52,694 nucleotides of DNA from a bacterium (GTDB lineage Bacteria; Patescibacteriota; Minisyncoccia; UBA6257; Colwellbacteraceae). The stretch spans positions 1 through 52,694 of the forward strand of contig JAJYME010000002.1 in assembly GCA_021787205.1 (NCBI GenBank). The letters run 5' to 3'. How positions within the stretch are numbered: the stretch's first letter is position 1; each line of letters starts with the position of its first letter. Position numbers and translations under genes: made by a program. Shown here piece by piece: positions 44,395 to 52,694 of the stretch. Below the pieces are notes generated by a model. It did not search any database. It was not told the DNA's origin and was given only the letters and a program-made list of their open reading frames with translations.

Positions 44395-45688
44395 ATTCGA
44401 TAGTCGTTTCAGATGGGGGGATAAGGGAAGCGTCGGTCGGGAGGGTGACGGTGAAGATACTGCCCCGGCCGATTACCGAGTCGGCAGTTATTGTGCCGCC
44501 ATGGCGGACAATGATGTTTTTAGCGATATAAAGGCCGAGTCCGGTTCCATCCGTTTGTTCTTTGACGACGTTCTCGCCGCGATAGAACTTGGAAAAGAGT
44601 TTTTTCAAATCATTCTTTGGTATTCCGATGCCGGTATCCTTTATGGTCAGAGTGACAAAAGGCTTGTCTGCCATCTTTTCTATCTTGACGGTCACATTGC
44701 CGTTTTTAACATTATACTTGATACCATTGTCGATGATGTTCGACAAAGCCAACCCGAGCTTATTAGGATCAGCGGTAATCTTCACCGGCTCAGATGGTCT
44801 GTCAAAGTAGACCGCCACCCCAAACTGCTTTGCCAGAAGATTGGCGTTTCTAAGGATGTCGTCGATAAAGGCGACGGTGTCTATCTCTTTGAATTCGTAA
44901 CCAAACTTTCCTGATTCGATTTTTGAGGCATCAAGCAAATCGGAGACGATCTTTAGCAATTTGACCGAAACCTCCAACCCGTTATCAATAAGCTCCTTAT
45001 CCGGTCCGGTAACTGACTTTTCCAAAGTCTCAAAAGTCCAATGAACGGCGGTAAGGGGAGTGCGGAGCTGGTGGGCGGCGACGGTGATGAATTCCGATTT
45101 TGAATGGATCAACTCAACTTCTCTCGTCCTGTTTTCAATCGATTTGATGAACCCGACTGGAATCTCATTCTTCAATATCCTTTCGGTCCGGGTAGTCAGG
45201 TGAAGCTCCGGCTCCATAAAGTCAATATCGGCGACCTGCGGATATTCCCCGGGATCGCTCTTCTTGACCACTGAGGGCGAAAGAGAGGGGAAGATCACCT
45301 GAGTGATAACAGAATATCTCTCATCACCGATCAGGGCAGGCGAAATGATCTTTCCGACGATATCTTCCTTCTTAATATTGAATAAGGTTTCCGAAACTCT
45401 GTTAAACCCGGTAATCCTGAAGTTATTATCATAGGTGAGAACGGCGTCGCTTGAGATGTCGGCTAGTTTATCCGTGCCAGCCGAAGCAACCTTCAGAAGG
45501 ATCTCCGTATCTTTTATATTCTTCCTGACCCGGTTCATCATAAAGAGAATAAAGAGGGTAAAGAAAATGACGGTAGTGGCGGCGACTAATTCCTTAACAG
45601 AGGCAAAGAAGGCGGCGAGAAGAACGCCGACGATAAGAAAAAAGATCATACCAGCCAAGGAGAAAACTTTTTTATAAAAATTATTCAA
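44393..45688 (-). CDS. Membrane-bound sensor histidine kinase (PAS, HisKA, HATPase_c)
   Basis: H-box AAHQLRTPLT, N-box IIDNGIKYN, G1 DTGIGI, G2 GTGLGLYIAK. The ORF-track start is TTG; ATG at 45647-45649 is an alternative. No response-regulator gene lies adjacent. Confidence 0.85.
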   Translation of the reverse strand: MNNFYKKVFSLAGMIFFLIVGVLLAAFFASVKELVAATTVIFFTLFILFMMNRVRKNIKDTEILLKVASAGTDKLADISSDAVLTYDNNFRITGFNRVSETLFNIKKEDIVGKIISPALIGDERYSVITQVIFPSLSPSVVKKSDPGEYPQVADIDFMEPELHLTTRTERILKNEIPVGFIKSIENRTREVELIHSKSEFITVAAHQLRTPLTAVHWTFETLEKSVTGPDKELIDNGLEVSVKLLKIVSDLLDASKIESGKFGYEFKEIDTVAFIDDILRNANLLAKQFGVAVYFDRPSEPVKITADPNKLGLALSNIIDNGIKYNVKNGNVTVKIEKMADKPFVTLTIKDTGIGIPKNDLKKLFSKFYRGENVVKEQTDGTGLGLYIAKNIIVRHGGTITADSVIGRGSIFTVTLPTDASLIPPSETTIE

Positions 45689-45749
45689 GGTAATGATTGT
45701 TTTGTTTTATAAATTATACCTTAGATAAGCAAAAAATCCCACGATTCGC

Positions 45750-46625
45750 TTATGACACCGACTTCCTGACTCTCTCCGCCAGATTGTAGAATCCGACTTC
45801 CTCCAGCCTATTCGAAAGATCTTCAAGACTAAGCTTCTTTAATGACAACTCTTCCAAATCAATCTTGCCTATTGGAACATCGTACCGGACAGTAGCCAGA
45901 TATTTGGAGAATAGGGCGGTCTCTTTGTTTTCCAAAACTTTTTTTATGGCAGAGTTTTTGGGAGCGGGGGCCAGCTGGTAGAAATCTTCCAGAGTGCCAT
46001 AAGTATTGATGATCGAAGCGGCTGATTTCGGACCGATGCCGGAAACTCCAGGAATATTGTCGGAGGTATCGCCGACCAGACCTTTGTAATCGGGGATGAA
46101 CTCCGGGGAAACTCCGGTTCGCTCGATAACATCATCATAACCATATTCCTTGAATTCGGAAATGCCCTTCTTCGGAATCATGGAGACGACCTTCTGCCTA
46201 TCGACCAGTTGGAGAGAATCGTGGTCTCCGGTCAGGATGATGATCTTCTTAAGAAGATTGCTATCTTTGAACCGGGAGCAAAGGGTAGCGATAACATCAT
46301 CAGCTTCAAACCCAGCGCTGTCAAAAGTCTCAATGTTGAAAATCTTGAAGATGTCTTTGGCTTTTATCAATTGATCAATCAATTCCTTTGGCGCCGCCGA
46401 ACGGTTTATCTTATACTCCTTGAACTCTTTTTTCCTGAAGGTCTCCTCCGGCCGATCAAAGGCGGCGGCGATGAAATCCGGCTTGAGGTCTTGGATAATC
46501 TTGATCAACATGCTAGACAGGCCATAAAGGGCACCTACCTGGTTCCCATCCTTGTCGGTCAGAGGAGGAAGGGCGTGAAAAGAACGATGAATAAGGGAAT
46601 TAGCGTCAATAATTAGCAGTGTCAT
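45750..46625 (-). CDS. 5'-3' exonuclease (FEN/Pol I N-terminal domain-like, stand-alone)
   Basis: LLIIDANSLIHRSFHAL, acidic-cluster motifs, H3TH motif GDTSDNIPGVSGIGPKSA. ATG at 46623-46625. Confidence 0.88.
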   Translation of the reverse strand: MTLLIIDANSLIHRSFHALPPLTDKDGNQVGALYGLSSMLIKIIQDLKPDFIAAAFDRPEETFRKKEFKEYKINRSAAPKELIDQLIKAKDIFKIFNIETFDSAGFEADDVIATLCSRFKDSNLLKKIIILTGDHDSLQLVDRQKVVSMIPKKGISEFKEYGYDDVIERTGVSPEFIPDYKGLVGDTSDNIPGVSGIGPKSAASIINTYGTLEDFYQLAPAPKNSAIKKVLENKETALFSKYLATVRYDVPIGKIDLEELSLKKLSLEDLSNRLEEVGFYNLAERVRKSVS

Positions 46626-46648
46626 AGGTATATTATACAAAAACCCCG

Positions 46649-47089
46649 TCAAATGACGAGGTTTGTTTTTATCAGGCGTTCGTTCTCGGTCTTGCCGTGG
46701 TTGATAATGATGTTTTTCCCGCGACCGTATTTGCCGGCTTTTTCAGGCCATTCCATAAGAACGATATTTTCAGGATCAGACAGGATGTCTTTGATTTTCA
46801 ATACCTCCAACTCCTCCGGTGACCCCAGGCGATAACAATCAAAATGATAAAGATGCTTGAACTCGGAACCCTTGAGGTTGTAGCGTTTCATAACGACAAA
46901 GGTCGGAGACAGGACCTTCTTAATCCCGAAGGCGGATAAGAAGCCTTTGGAAAAAACAGTCTTCCCGGCTCCCAAATCCCCCTTTAAGGAGATGACAACC
47001 GCCCGTTTATTTTTCAACTCGGAGACCATACCCGCGACTTTGACGGCAAAAGCCTTCGTCTCCTTATCTGAATTAGTTTTGTGAATCAT
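46649..47089 (-). CDS. tsaE: tRNA t6A37 biosynthesis ATPase TsaE
   Basis: GDLGAGKTVFSKGF Walker A, SPTFVVMKRY, HFDCYRL motifs. Confidence 0.85.
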   Translation of the reverse strand: MIHKTNSDKETKAFAVKVAGMVSELKNKRAVVISLKGDLGAGKTVFSKGFLSAFGIKKVLSPTFVVMKRYNLKGSEFKHLYHFDCYRLGSPEELEVLKIKDILSDPENIVLMEWPEKAGKYGRGKNIIINHGKTENERLIKTNLVI

Positions 47090-48071
47090 GATTCTTTTTC
47101 AAGTATTCGATGCCTTTTTCAGAAATGACACGTCCTCCGGAAGTGCGTTTTAAGAAACCTAGGTTAATGAGATACGGCTCATAGATATCCTCGATGATAT
47201 CACGATCGTCGCCAAGGGCGGCGGCGAGCGAGTTTATCCCGACCGGACCGCCATTAAATTGCTCGCTGATGATATCAAGCAACCTCCTGTCCTGATATTC
47301 AAGCCCATATTCATCGATATCCAAGATCTTAAAGAGATCGCTTAAGTCTTCAGTCTTTATGAGGCCTAATTTTCTGACTTCCGCCAGATCCCTGGCGCGG
47401 CGGACGAGGCGGTTGGCAATGCGCGGAGTAAAGCGGCTAGCCTTTGCCAAGGAGCCAATAGCGGATTCATCCAAATTAATGCCGACAAGGCTGGCCGATC
47501 TCCTGATGATTTCCGAAATATCCGGGACGGAATAATAATCCAAACGGAAACTGGCGCCGAAGCGAGACCTTAATGGATTGGAAATCATATTCACCCTCGT
47601 CGTAGCGGCAATCAGGGTGAAGGGGGGAAGATCAAGAGAGATGGTTCTCGCCGCCGGTCCCTTTCCGATGACGATATTTAACTGGCGTGATTCCATCGCC
47701 GGATAGAGGACTTCTTCAATCATCCTATTCAAGCGGTGGATTTCATCGATAAACAAGACGTCGCCGGCCTCAAGATTGGTCAAAATTGCCGCCAGGTCGC
47801 CTGATTTCTCAATAGCTGGCCCAGAAGTTATCTTAAGGTTTCCACCGAGCTCATTAGCGACGATATTGGCTAAAGTCGTCTTTCCTAAACCAGCCTGACC
47901 GTAGAAGAGGATGTGGTCAATTGGCTCTTTCCTTAGCTTAGCCGCCTCCAAAATGATTTTCAGGCTCTTTTTGACGGTGTCTTGACCGATATATTCGTCA
48001 AAAGAGGAGGGGCGGAGGACGGTATCCAGATTCTGCTCGTCTAAATTGGTTTTAATAGGGGTATCGTTCAT
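47073..48071 (-). CDS. ruvB: Holliday junction branch-migration helicase RuvB
   Basis: GQAGLGKTTLANIVANE, LFIDEIHRL, TRVNMISNPLRSRFG. ATG at 48069-48071 is preferred over the TTG at 48083. Confidence 0.95.
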   Translation of the reverse strand: MNDTPIKTNLDEQNLDTVLRPSSFDEYIGQDTVKKSLKIILEAAKLRKEPIDHILFYGQAGLGKTTLANIVANELGGNLKITSGPAIEKSGDLAAILTNLEAGDVLFIDEIHRLNRMIEEVLYPAMESRQLNIVIGKGPAARTISLDLPPFTLIAATTRVNMISNPLRSRFGASFRLDYYSVPDISEIIRRSASLVGINLDESAIGSLAKASRFTPRIANRLVRRARDLAEVRKLGLIKTEDLSDLFKILDIDEYGLEYQDRRLLDIISEQFNGGPVGINSLAAALGDDRDIIEDIYEPYLINLGFLKRTSGGRVISEKGIEYLKKNHDSQN

Positions 48072-48076
48072 AGCTC

Positions 48077-48105
48077 TTGACAATATATTTTATATATGAT
48101 AGTAT
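48077..48105 (+). promoter_or_regulatory. Near-consensus sigma70-type promoter facing the candidate sRNA
   Basis: TTGACA (48077-48082), 17-nt spacer, TGATAGTAT extended -10 (48097-48105). Confidence 0.5.
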
Positions 48106-48111
48106 TATATC

Positions 48112-48255
48112 AAATCCATAAAGATTTCGCCCGGACTTTCACTTAGTTAACGGATATCTTGGTTTCGGCTGGGATATTCCTCAGTAAAGTCTTTTTCCTT
48201 TTCACTTCGGTGGAAAATCAATAACCAGCGAAATCCTTGTGGATTTTTTTATTTT
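48112..48255 (+). ncRNA. Candidate structured small RNA (about 140 nt), unknown family
   Basis: 19-bp closing helix AAAUCCAUAAAGAUUUCGC/GCGAAAUCCUUGUGGAUUU followed by UUUUUUAUUUU. Internal helix GGACUUUCACU/AGUAAAGUC and a CAC-UUCG-GUG tetraloop hairpin. Starts about 7 nt after the promoter -10. Confidence 0.4.
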
Positions 48256-48275
48256 CGTTTGTTAAATCATAATAT

Positions 48276-48307
48276 AAAAACTCCCGGCATAAAAGCTGGG
48301 AGTTTTT
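48276..48307 (-). terminator. Bidirectional terminator downstream of the PilB-like gene
   Basis: AAAACTCCCGGC-ATAAAA-GCTGGGAGTTTT. Confidence 0.75.
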
Positions 48308-48312
48308 AGATC

Positions 48313-49620
48313 TTACCAATTAAGAGGCCCGGTGATCCTTTCCACCTCATCAAGAGTGGTAATCCCGTTTAAGGCCTTTAGGATTCCATCTTCTTGGAAA
48401 GAGACAAATCCTTTGCTTCTCGCAAATTCCTCCACATCATACTCAGAGGGGGATTCGCGGATAATCTTTTCGTATTCCTTATCAAGCTCGATAATCTCGA
48501 ATATGCCGAGTCTTCCCTTAAAGCCGCCGTGACACTTATCACATCCCGTCGGTTGATAGAGTTTGATCTCCTTATATTCCTCCTTGCTGATTTTCCCAGG
48601 CATCCTATTGATGAACTTGGAAATTTTTTCTTTCATCTCCTCAGTGACGGCGACTTCTTGTTTGCAATAAGGACAGATCTTTCTGACCAAGCGTTGGGCA
48701 ATCAGGAGAGTGACGGCTGAACCGATGATTTGCGGTTTTATTCCCATGTCAATCAAGCGGGGGATGGCTCCCGAGGCGGAATTGGTATGCAAGGTCGAGA
48801 AGACCAAGTGACCGGTCAAAGACGCATGCATTGCGGTTTCCGCTGTCGGAAAATCACGGATTTCACCAACAAGAATCATATCCGGGTCTTGCCTTAAGAT
48901 CGATCTTAAGCCGTTATCGAAGGTATATCCAGCCGCTTCATTAACTTGCGTCTGTTGGATACCGTCGAGATGATATTCAATCGGATCCTCAATAGTAATG
49001 ATCTTTATTTCCGGAGTCCTGATTCCTTGAAGGAAGGCATAAAGGGTGGTTGTCTTTCCTGAGCCGGTGGGACCGGTAACTAGGATTGCCCCTTGAGGCT
49101 TCATCAGATTGCTCTGGACAGTCTTATAATCATCGATCCTAAAACCGAGATCGGGAATCTCAACCATGATTCCTTTTGGATCAAGCAAGCGAGTGATGAT
49201 AGCATCGCCATATTCTGAAGGAGCGATGGCGACACGGACCTCAATATCGCGTCCATCATCAGCTTTAATGGTAAACCTGCCATCCCCGGCGGCTCCCTCC
49301 AAATTGAATTTGATCCCGGAGAGGAGCTTGATTCGGCTGACGACGTATCTGTAGTCGTCGAGTGGCATCTTGTGAATTTCACTCAAAACGCCATCAACTC
49401 TGAAACGGATGATAACATTACCGTCTCTTCCCGGTTCGAAGTGAATATCGGAGACACCCAAGTCGACCGCGGAAGAAAAGATGTTGCTTATTATTTCGGT
49501 GGTAGTGGAAGTTTGCTGATTCAAGCCAGACAGTTTTTGGGTAATCTCCGGCAAAGAATGGTATTGCCCTCCCTTAACCAAGATCTCGTCGCTTATTTTT
49601 CCTATATTTTCCTGTTCCAT
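48313..49620 (-). CDS. Type II/IV secretion-family ATPase (PilB/GspE-like type IV pilus assembly ATPase)
   Basis: Walker A GPTGSGKTTT, Asp/His boxes, Walker B ILVGEIRD, tetracysteine CPYC...CDKC typical of PilB/GspE. Confidence 0.88.
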   Translation of the reverse strand: MEQENIGKISDEILVKGGQYHSLPEITQKLSGLNQQTSTTTEIISNIFSSAVDLGVSDIHFEPGRDGNVIIRFRVDGVLSEIHKMPLDDYRYVVSRIKLLSGIKFNLEGAAGDGRFTIKADDGRDIEVRVAIAPSEYGDAIITRLLDPKGIMVEIPDLGFRIDDYKTVQSNLMKPQGAILVTGPTGSGKTTTLYAFLQGIRTPEIKIITIEDPIEYHLDGIQQTQVNEAAGYTFDNGLRSILRQDPDMILVGEIRDFPTAETAMHASLTGHLVFSTLHTNSASGAIPRLIDMGIKPQIIGSAVTLLIAQRLVRKICPYCKQEVAVTEEMKEKISKFINRMPGKISKEEYKEIKLYQPTGCDKCHGGFKGRLGIFEIIELDKEYEKIIRESPSEYDVEEFARSKGFVSFQEDGILKALNGITTLDEVERITGPLNW

Positions 49621-49697
49621 TTTATGATTGAATTATAGAGAAAATAAGCCTCTTTGTCATCAATTGAAAAAATAATTAAAAGGTATATATTTGAAGG

Positions 49698-50237
49698 ATG
49701 TCAGGACATAACAAGTGGTCGCAGATCAAAAGAAAGAAAGAGGTTACCGACCAAAGAAAAGCAAAGATATTCACCAAGCTTTTAGCGGCAGTCTCGATTG
49801 CTGCCAAGACCGAGCCAAACCCTGATTTCAATCCGCGCCTTCGAGCGACGATAGATAAGGCCAGAGAGGCTTCCGTCCCTCAAGAAAATATCGAAAGAGC
49901 TATTAAGAGGGCTAAGGAAAATCCGACCGACGAGTTGATTATCGAATCTTATGGTCCGGACGGAACCGCCTTTGTCATAAAGGCCATCACCGACAGCAGG
50001 AATAGGACGATTGCCGAGGTTAAAAAAATACTCTCGGATAACAACGCCAAGTTCGCAGAGCAAGGTTCGGTCTTATGGTGCTTTGATATTGATGACGAAG
50101 GAAACTACGAGCCAAAATTCAACCAGAGCATCTCTCCCGATTCCCAAGAGAAGATCTTGGCTTTGATGGAAGCGCTAGATGAGAATAACGATGTGACCGA
50201 CGTCTTCACTAACGCCGAGCTGACAATTGAAGAATGA
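49698..50237 (+). CDS. yebC: YebC/PmpR-family protein (short, 179 aa)
   Basis: MSGHNKWSQIKRKK...KIFTKL...NPRLRATIDKAREASVPQENIERAIKRA is canonical for the YebC N-terminus. The C-terminal part is shorter than the usual ~240 aa. Confidence 0.85.
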   Translation: MSGHNKWSQIKRKKEVTDQRKAKIFTKLLAAVSIAAKTEPNPDFNPRLRATIDKAREASVPQENIERAIKRAKENPTDELIIESYGPDGTAFVIKAITDSRNRTIAEVKKILSDNNAKFAEQGSVLWCFDIDDEGNYEPKFNQSISPDSQEKILALMEALDENNDVTDVFTNAELTIEE

Positions 50238-50257
50238 TTATGAAGAAGCGCCTAACA

Positions 50258-50288
50258 AAAAAACAGGATTTTGATTCCTGTTTTTTTG
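50258..50288 (+). terminator. Intrinsic terminator of yebC
   Basis: ACAGGA-TTTTGAT-TCCTGT followed by TTTTTTT. Confidence 0.75.
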
Positions 50289-50317
50289 TTTTATCCAAAA
50301 CAATATATATAATGTAA

Positions 50318-50806
50318 ATGCTTATGAAGGATTTTAATTCGCAGATAATCTTAGGGATAGATCCGGGAACTCACAGGATGGGGTGGGGAATAATCCAAGC
50401 CGAAAAAAGAAAAGCGACTTATTTGGATTGCGGGGTCATCGAAGAAAGAAAAGAGACAAAGGCAGAACAGCTTCTGGCGCTCTATAAAGGACTCTCCGCA
50501 TTGATAGAAAAACATCGCCCGGAAATGATCGGAATCGAAAAGTTATTTTTTATGAAAAACCAGACGACGGCGATGGCGGTGGCAGAAGCAAGAGGAGTTG
50601 TCCTTCTTTTGGCGGCTGAAAACAATCTGCCCGTGGTCGAGGTGGCGCCGACCGAGGTAAAACAGTGCGTCACCGGATACGGCCAGGCTGATAAAAAAGC
50701 GGTTACAAAAATGGTCAAATTGATACTAGGAACCGACAAGTTAAAGGTTTTGGACGATGCCACCGACGCCCTGGCGATAGCCATAAGTGCCATGATTTTA
50801 AAGTAA
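50318..50806 (+). CDS. ruvC: Crossover junction endodeoxyribonuclease RuvC
   Basis: ILGIDPGTHRMGWGI, IGIEKLFF, TGYGQADKKAV, DATDALAIAI. A second ATG at 50324 may be the true start, because a TATAAT box lies at 50308-50313. Confidence 0.9.
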   Translation: MLMKDFNSQIILGIDPGTHRMGWGIIQAEKRKATYLDCGVIEERKETKAEQLLALYKGLSALIEKHRPEMIGIEKLFFMKNQTTAMAVAEARGVVLLLAAENNLPVVEVAPTEVKQCVTGYGQADKKAVTKMVKLILGTDKLKVLDDATDALAIAISAMILK

Positions 50807-50886
50807 GTTATTCACATCTTGATAATATTTCAAACTCCTTTATACTTTCCAAATAACAAACAAAGAAAAACTTTTTTAAAATTAAA

Positions 50887-51192
50887 ATGGCAGTAAAAGA
50901 TTTTAACTTAGAAGACGATCAAGACGAGAAAGACATTTTGGATGACATGGAAGAAATGGACGAATTGGAAGAGGAGGATGACCTGGACGACATTGACAGC
51001 ATTCACATAACATCTGAAGACGACCTCGAAGAAGAAGAAGAAGAGGAGGAGGAGTTTGAAGATGAAGAGGAAGAGTTTGAAGATGAAGATTTCAAAGCCG
51101 CAGCGGCCGATGAGGAAGAAGAGGAAGAGGAGGAAGAAAAGAAAAAGGAAGAAGAGGAAGAGGAATACGACGAAGAAGGCATTTTCTTTTAA
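50887..51192 (+). CDS. Small hyper-acidic Asp/Glu-rich protein, function unknown
   Basis: 101-aa ORF that is predominantly D/E (runs such as EEEEEEEEFEDEEEEFEDED). Has its own terminator at 51196-51231. Confidence 0.5.
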   Translation: MAVKDFNLEDDQDEKDILDDMEEMDELEEEDDLDDIDSIHITSEDDLEEEEEEEEEFEDEEEEFEDEDFKAAAADEEEEEEEEEKKKEEEEEEYDEEGIFF

Positions 51193-51195
51193 CAG

Positions 51196-51231
51196 AAACA
51201 GCGAGTAGTTAAGACTATTCGCTGTTTTTTA
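51196..51231 (+). terminator. Intrinsic terminator
   Basis: AAACAGCGA...TCGCTGTTT hairpin followed by TTTT. Confidence 0.75.
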
Positions 51232-51295
51232 TATTGCTATTTGCCACATTTTGTTATAATAAATAAAGATTCCGGAATCCCGGGAAAAGAACAAT

Positions 51296-52694
51296 ATGAA
51301 AAAAATAAGCAATCACCTCCATAAGATCAAGGATTTGAAAAACATCGATTGGAGAAAAGTTGATTTTAAGGAAGGTGCGAGAAAGATAAGATCCGTCCCT
51401 CCTAAAAAGATAATTTTAGGGCTGGTCGGATTTTTTGCCGCCTGCCTCATAGCGCTGACACTTCTTACAGTCTATTATATCTTCACCTTGCCGACAGTAG
51501 ATGAAATCCAAAGAAGGGAGATAACCGAATCGACAAAAATCTACGATAGGACAGGAAACCAGCTGTTATATGAAGTCTATGATGAGGAAAAACGCACGGT
51601 CATTCCTTGGGAAACAATACCGGAAATCGTAAAAAAAGCGACAATCTCAATAGAGGATAAGAACTTTTATCAACACCAAGCCCTCGATCTTAAGGCTTTC
51701 GTCAGAATGCTGCTAGCCAACTTGACGCGAGGATTCGGAACCCAAGGGGGTTCAACGATAACCCAACAACTGGCAAAAAACGCTTTCTTAACCAGAGAAA
51801 AGACACTGACTAGAAAGATAAAGGAAGCGATTCTAGCTTACAGAATAGAGCAGATCTATACAAAGGACCAAATACTTAATCTTTATCTAAATATCATTCC
51901 TTACGGACAGAATGCTTACGGTATTGAGGCTGCTTCCGAGGTTTACTTTGGAAAACACGCCAGCGACCTGACCTTATCCGAAGCTTCACTCCTAGCCGCC
52001 TTGCCGCAAGCTCCCAGTTATTATTCACCTTGGGGAAGCCACACCGACGAGCTTGAAAACAGGCGCCGCTACGTCTTAAAACAGATGCAGGAAAACGGAT
52101 ACATCACGGAAGACCAGAGGCAATATGCAGCAACTCACCCGCCGATAATCAAAGATAAACCAGTGAAGGCCCAGTTCGCCTTGGCACCGCACTTCACCAT
52201 TTATGTCCAAGACTACTTGAATAATAAGTATGGAGAGGATTTCGTCTCACGGTCAGGTCTAAAAGTGATTACCACGATCGATGCGGACATCCAGAACATC
52301 GCTAACGAAACGGTAAAAGCCTACGCAGACAGAAATACCGCCGATTATGGCGGACACAACGCGGCGATGATTGTCGAAGATCCAAAGACCGGACAGATCC
52401 TGGCGATGGTCGGTTCAAAAGGATATTCAGCCAAATCAGAACCCCAAGGATGCATAAGCGGCAAGAGTTGCGAATTTGAAGGGCAATTTAATATCGTTAC
52501 CCAAGGATTAAGGCAACCCGGATCGTCATTCAAACCTTTTGTTTATATGCTTTCCTTCATACAAGGCTTCACTCCAGACACGATTTTATATGATGTTCCA
52601 ACCGAGTTTTCTCAAAGACCAGAATGCGCCGGGGTTCCTGATTATTCGAACGAAAACAAAAATTGTTATCATCCCCAAAACTACGACATGACAT
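51296..52694 (+). CDS. Class A penicillin-binding protein (PBP1A-type transglycosylase/transpeptidase), 3'-truncated by the window end
   Basis: My translation from ATG 51296 gives an N-terminal TM anchor and GT51 motifs EDKNFYQH, GGSTITQQLAKNAFL and RKIKEAILAYRIE. The frame stays open to the window end. Confidence 0.9.
   Translation, partial: MKKISNHLHKIKDLKNIDWRKVDFKEGARKIRSVPPKKIILGLVGFFAACLIALTLLTVYYIFTLPTVDEIQRREITESTKIYDRTGNQLLYEVYDEEKRTVIPWETIPEIVKKATISIEDKNFYQHQALDLKAFVRMLLANLTRGFGTQGGSTITQQLAKNAFLTREKTLTRKIKEAILAYRIEQIYTKDQILNLYLNIIPYGQNAYGIEAASEVYFGKHASDLTLSEASLLAALPQAPSYYSPWGSHTDELENRRRYVLKQMQENGYITEDQRQYAATHPPIIKDKPVKAQFALAPHFTIYVQDYLNNKYGEDFVSRSGLKVITTIDADIQNIANETVKAYADRNTADYGGHNAAMIVEDPKTGQILAMVGSKGYSAKSEPQGCISGKSCEFEGQFNIVTQGLRQPGSSFKPFVYMLSFIQGFTPDTILYDVPTEFSQRPECAGVPDYSNENKNCYHPQNYDMT

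Noticed and set aside
50980-51170. GAA/GAG-rich DNA as a non-coding microsatellite
   Set aside because: The repeat is imperfect and keeps one long open frame with an ATG, and a dedicated terminator follows. It is retained as a (low-confidence) CDS rather than a simple repeat.

Overview
This is a 52.7-kb, gene-dense bacterial chromosomal fragment. About 47 CDS are compact housekeeping genes: clpB, htrA, tyrS, clpP, nusA, pnp, rpsO, gyrA, rpsA, ftsH, hup, rny, gpmI, secG, rnj, rlmH, yraN, rpsT, holA-like, mutM, tsaE, ruvB, ruvC, yebC, and a partial PBP1A. There are four tRNAs and no rRNA. By inference only, the accessory content suggests a CPR/Patescibacteria-like organism: three tandem VirB2/TrbC-like mini-pilins, two type IV pilin-LamG fusions, a PilB-like ATPase and a giant PG-binding surface protein. 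Nearly every transcription unit ends in a canonical hairpin plus T-run terminator. Promoters are mostly of the extended -10 type (TGnTAnnAT) and often sit only 6-9 nt from the start codon. The most unusual locus is a 1.27-kb ORF-free, repeat-dense region at 40701-41969. It holds a 27-bp palindrome made of two perfect DnaA boxes and 11-bp-phased GTGACAA repeats. It also holds 14 copies of a 17-bp box arranged in 124-bp tandem units, two parS-like palindromes flanking the array, and a G10 tract. I read it as an origin-like, centromere-like or other protein-loading array. Other notable items: a tRNA-Ile with anticodon UAU; tRNA genes followed by inverted T-arm copies and direct duplications of their 3' ends, one near a tyrosine recombinase; a conserved 12-mer ATTTTGCGACAG at five intergenic sites; perfect DnaA boxes inside promoters; and three candidate structured non-coding RNAs. 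All calls rest on reading the sequence and the ORF translations. No database search was run.
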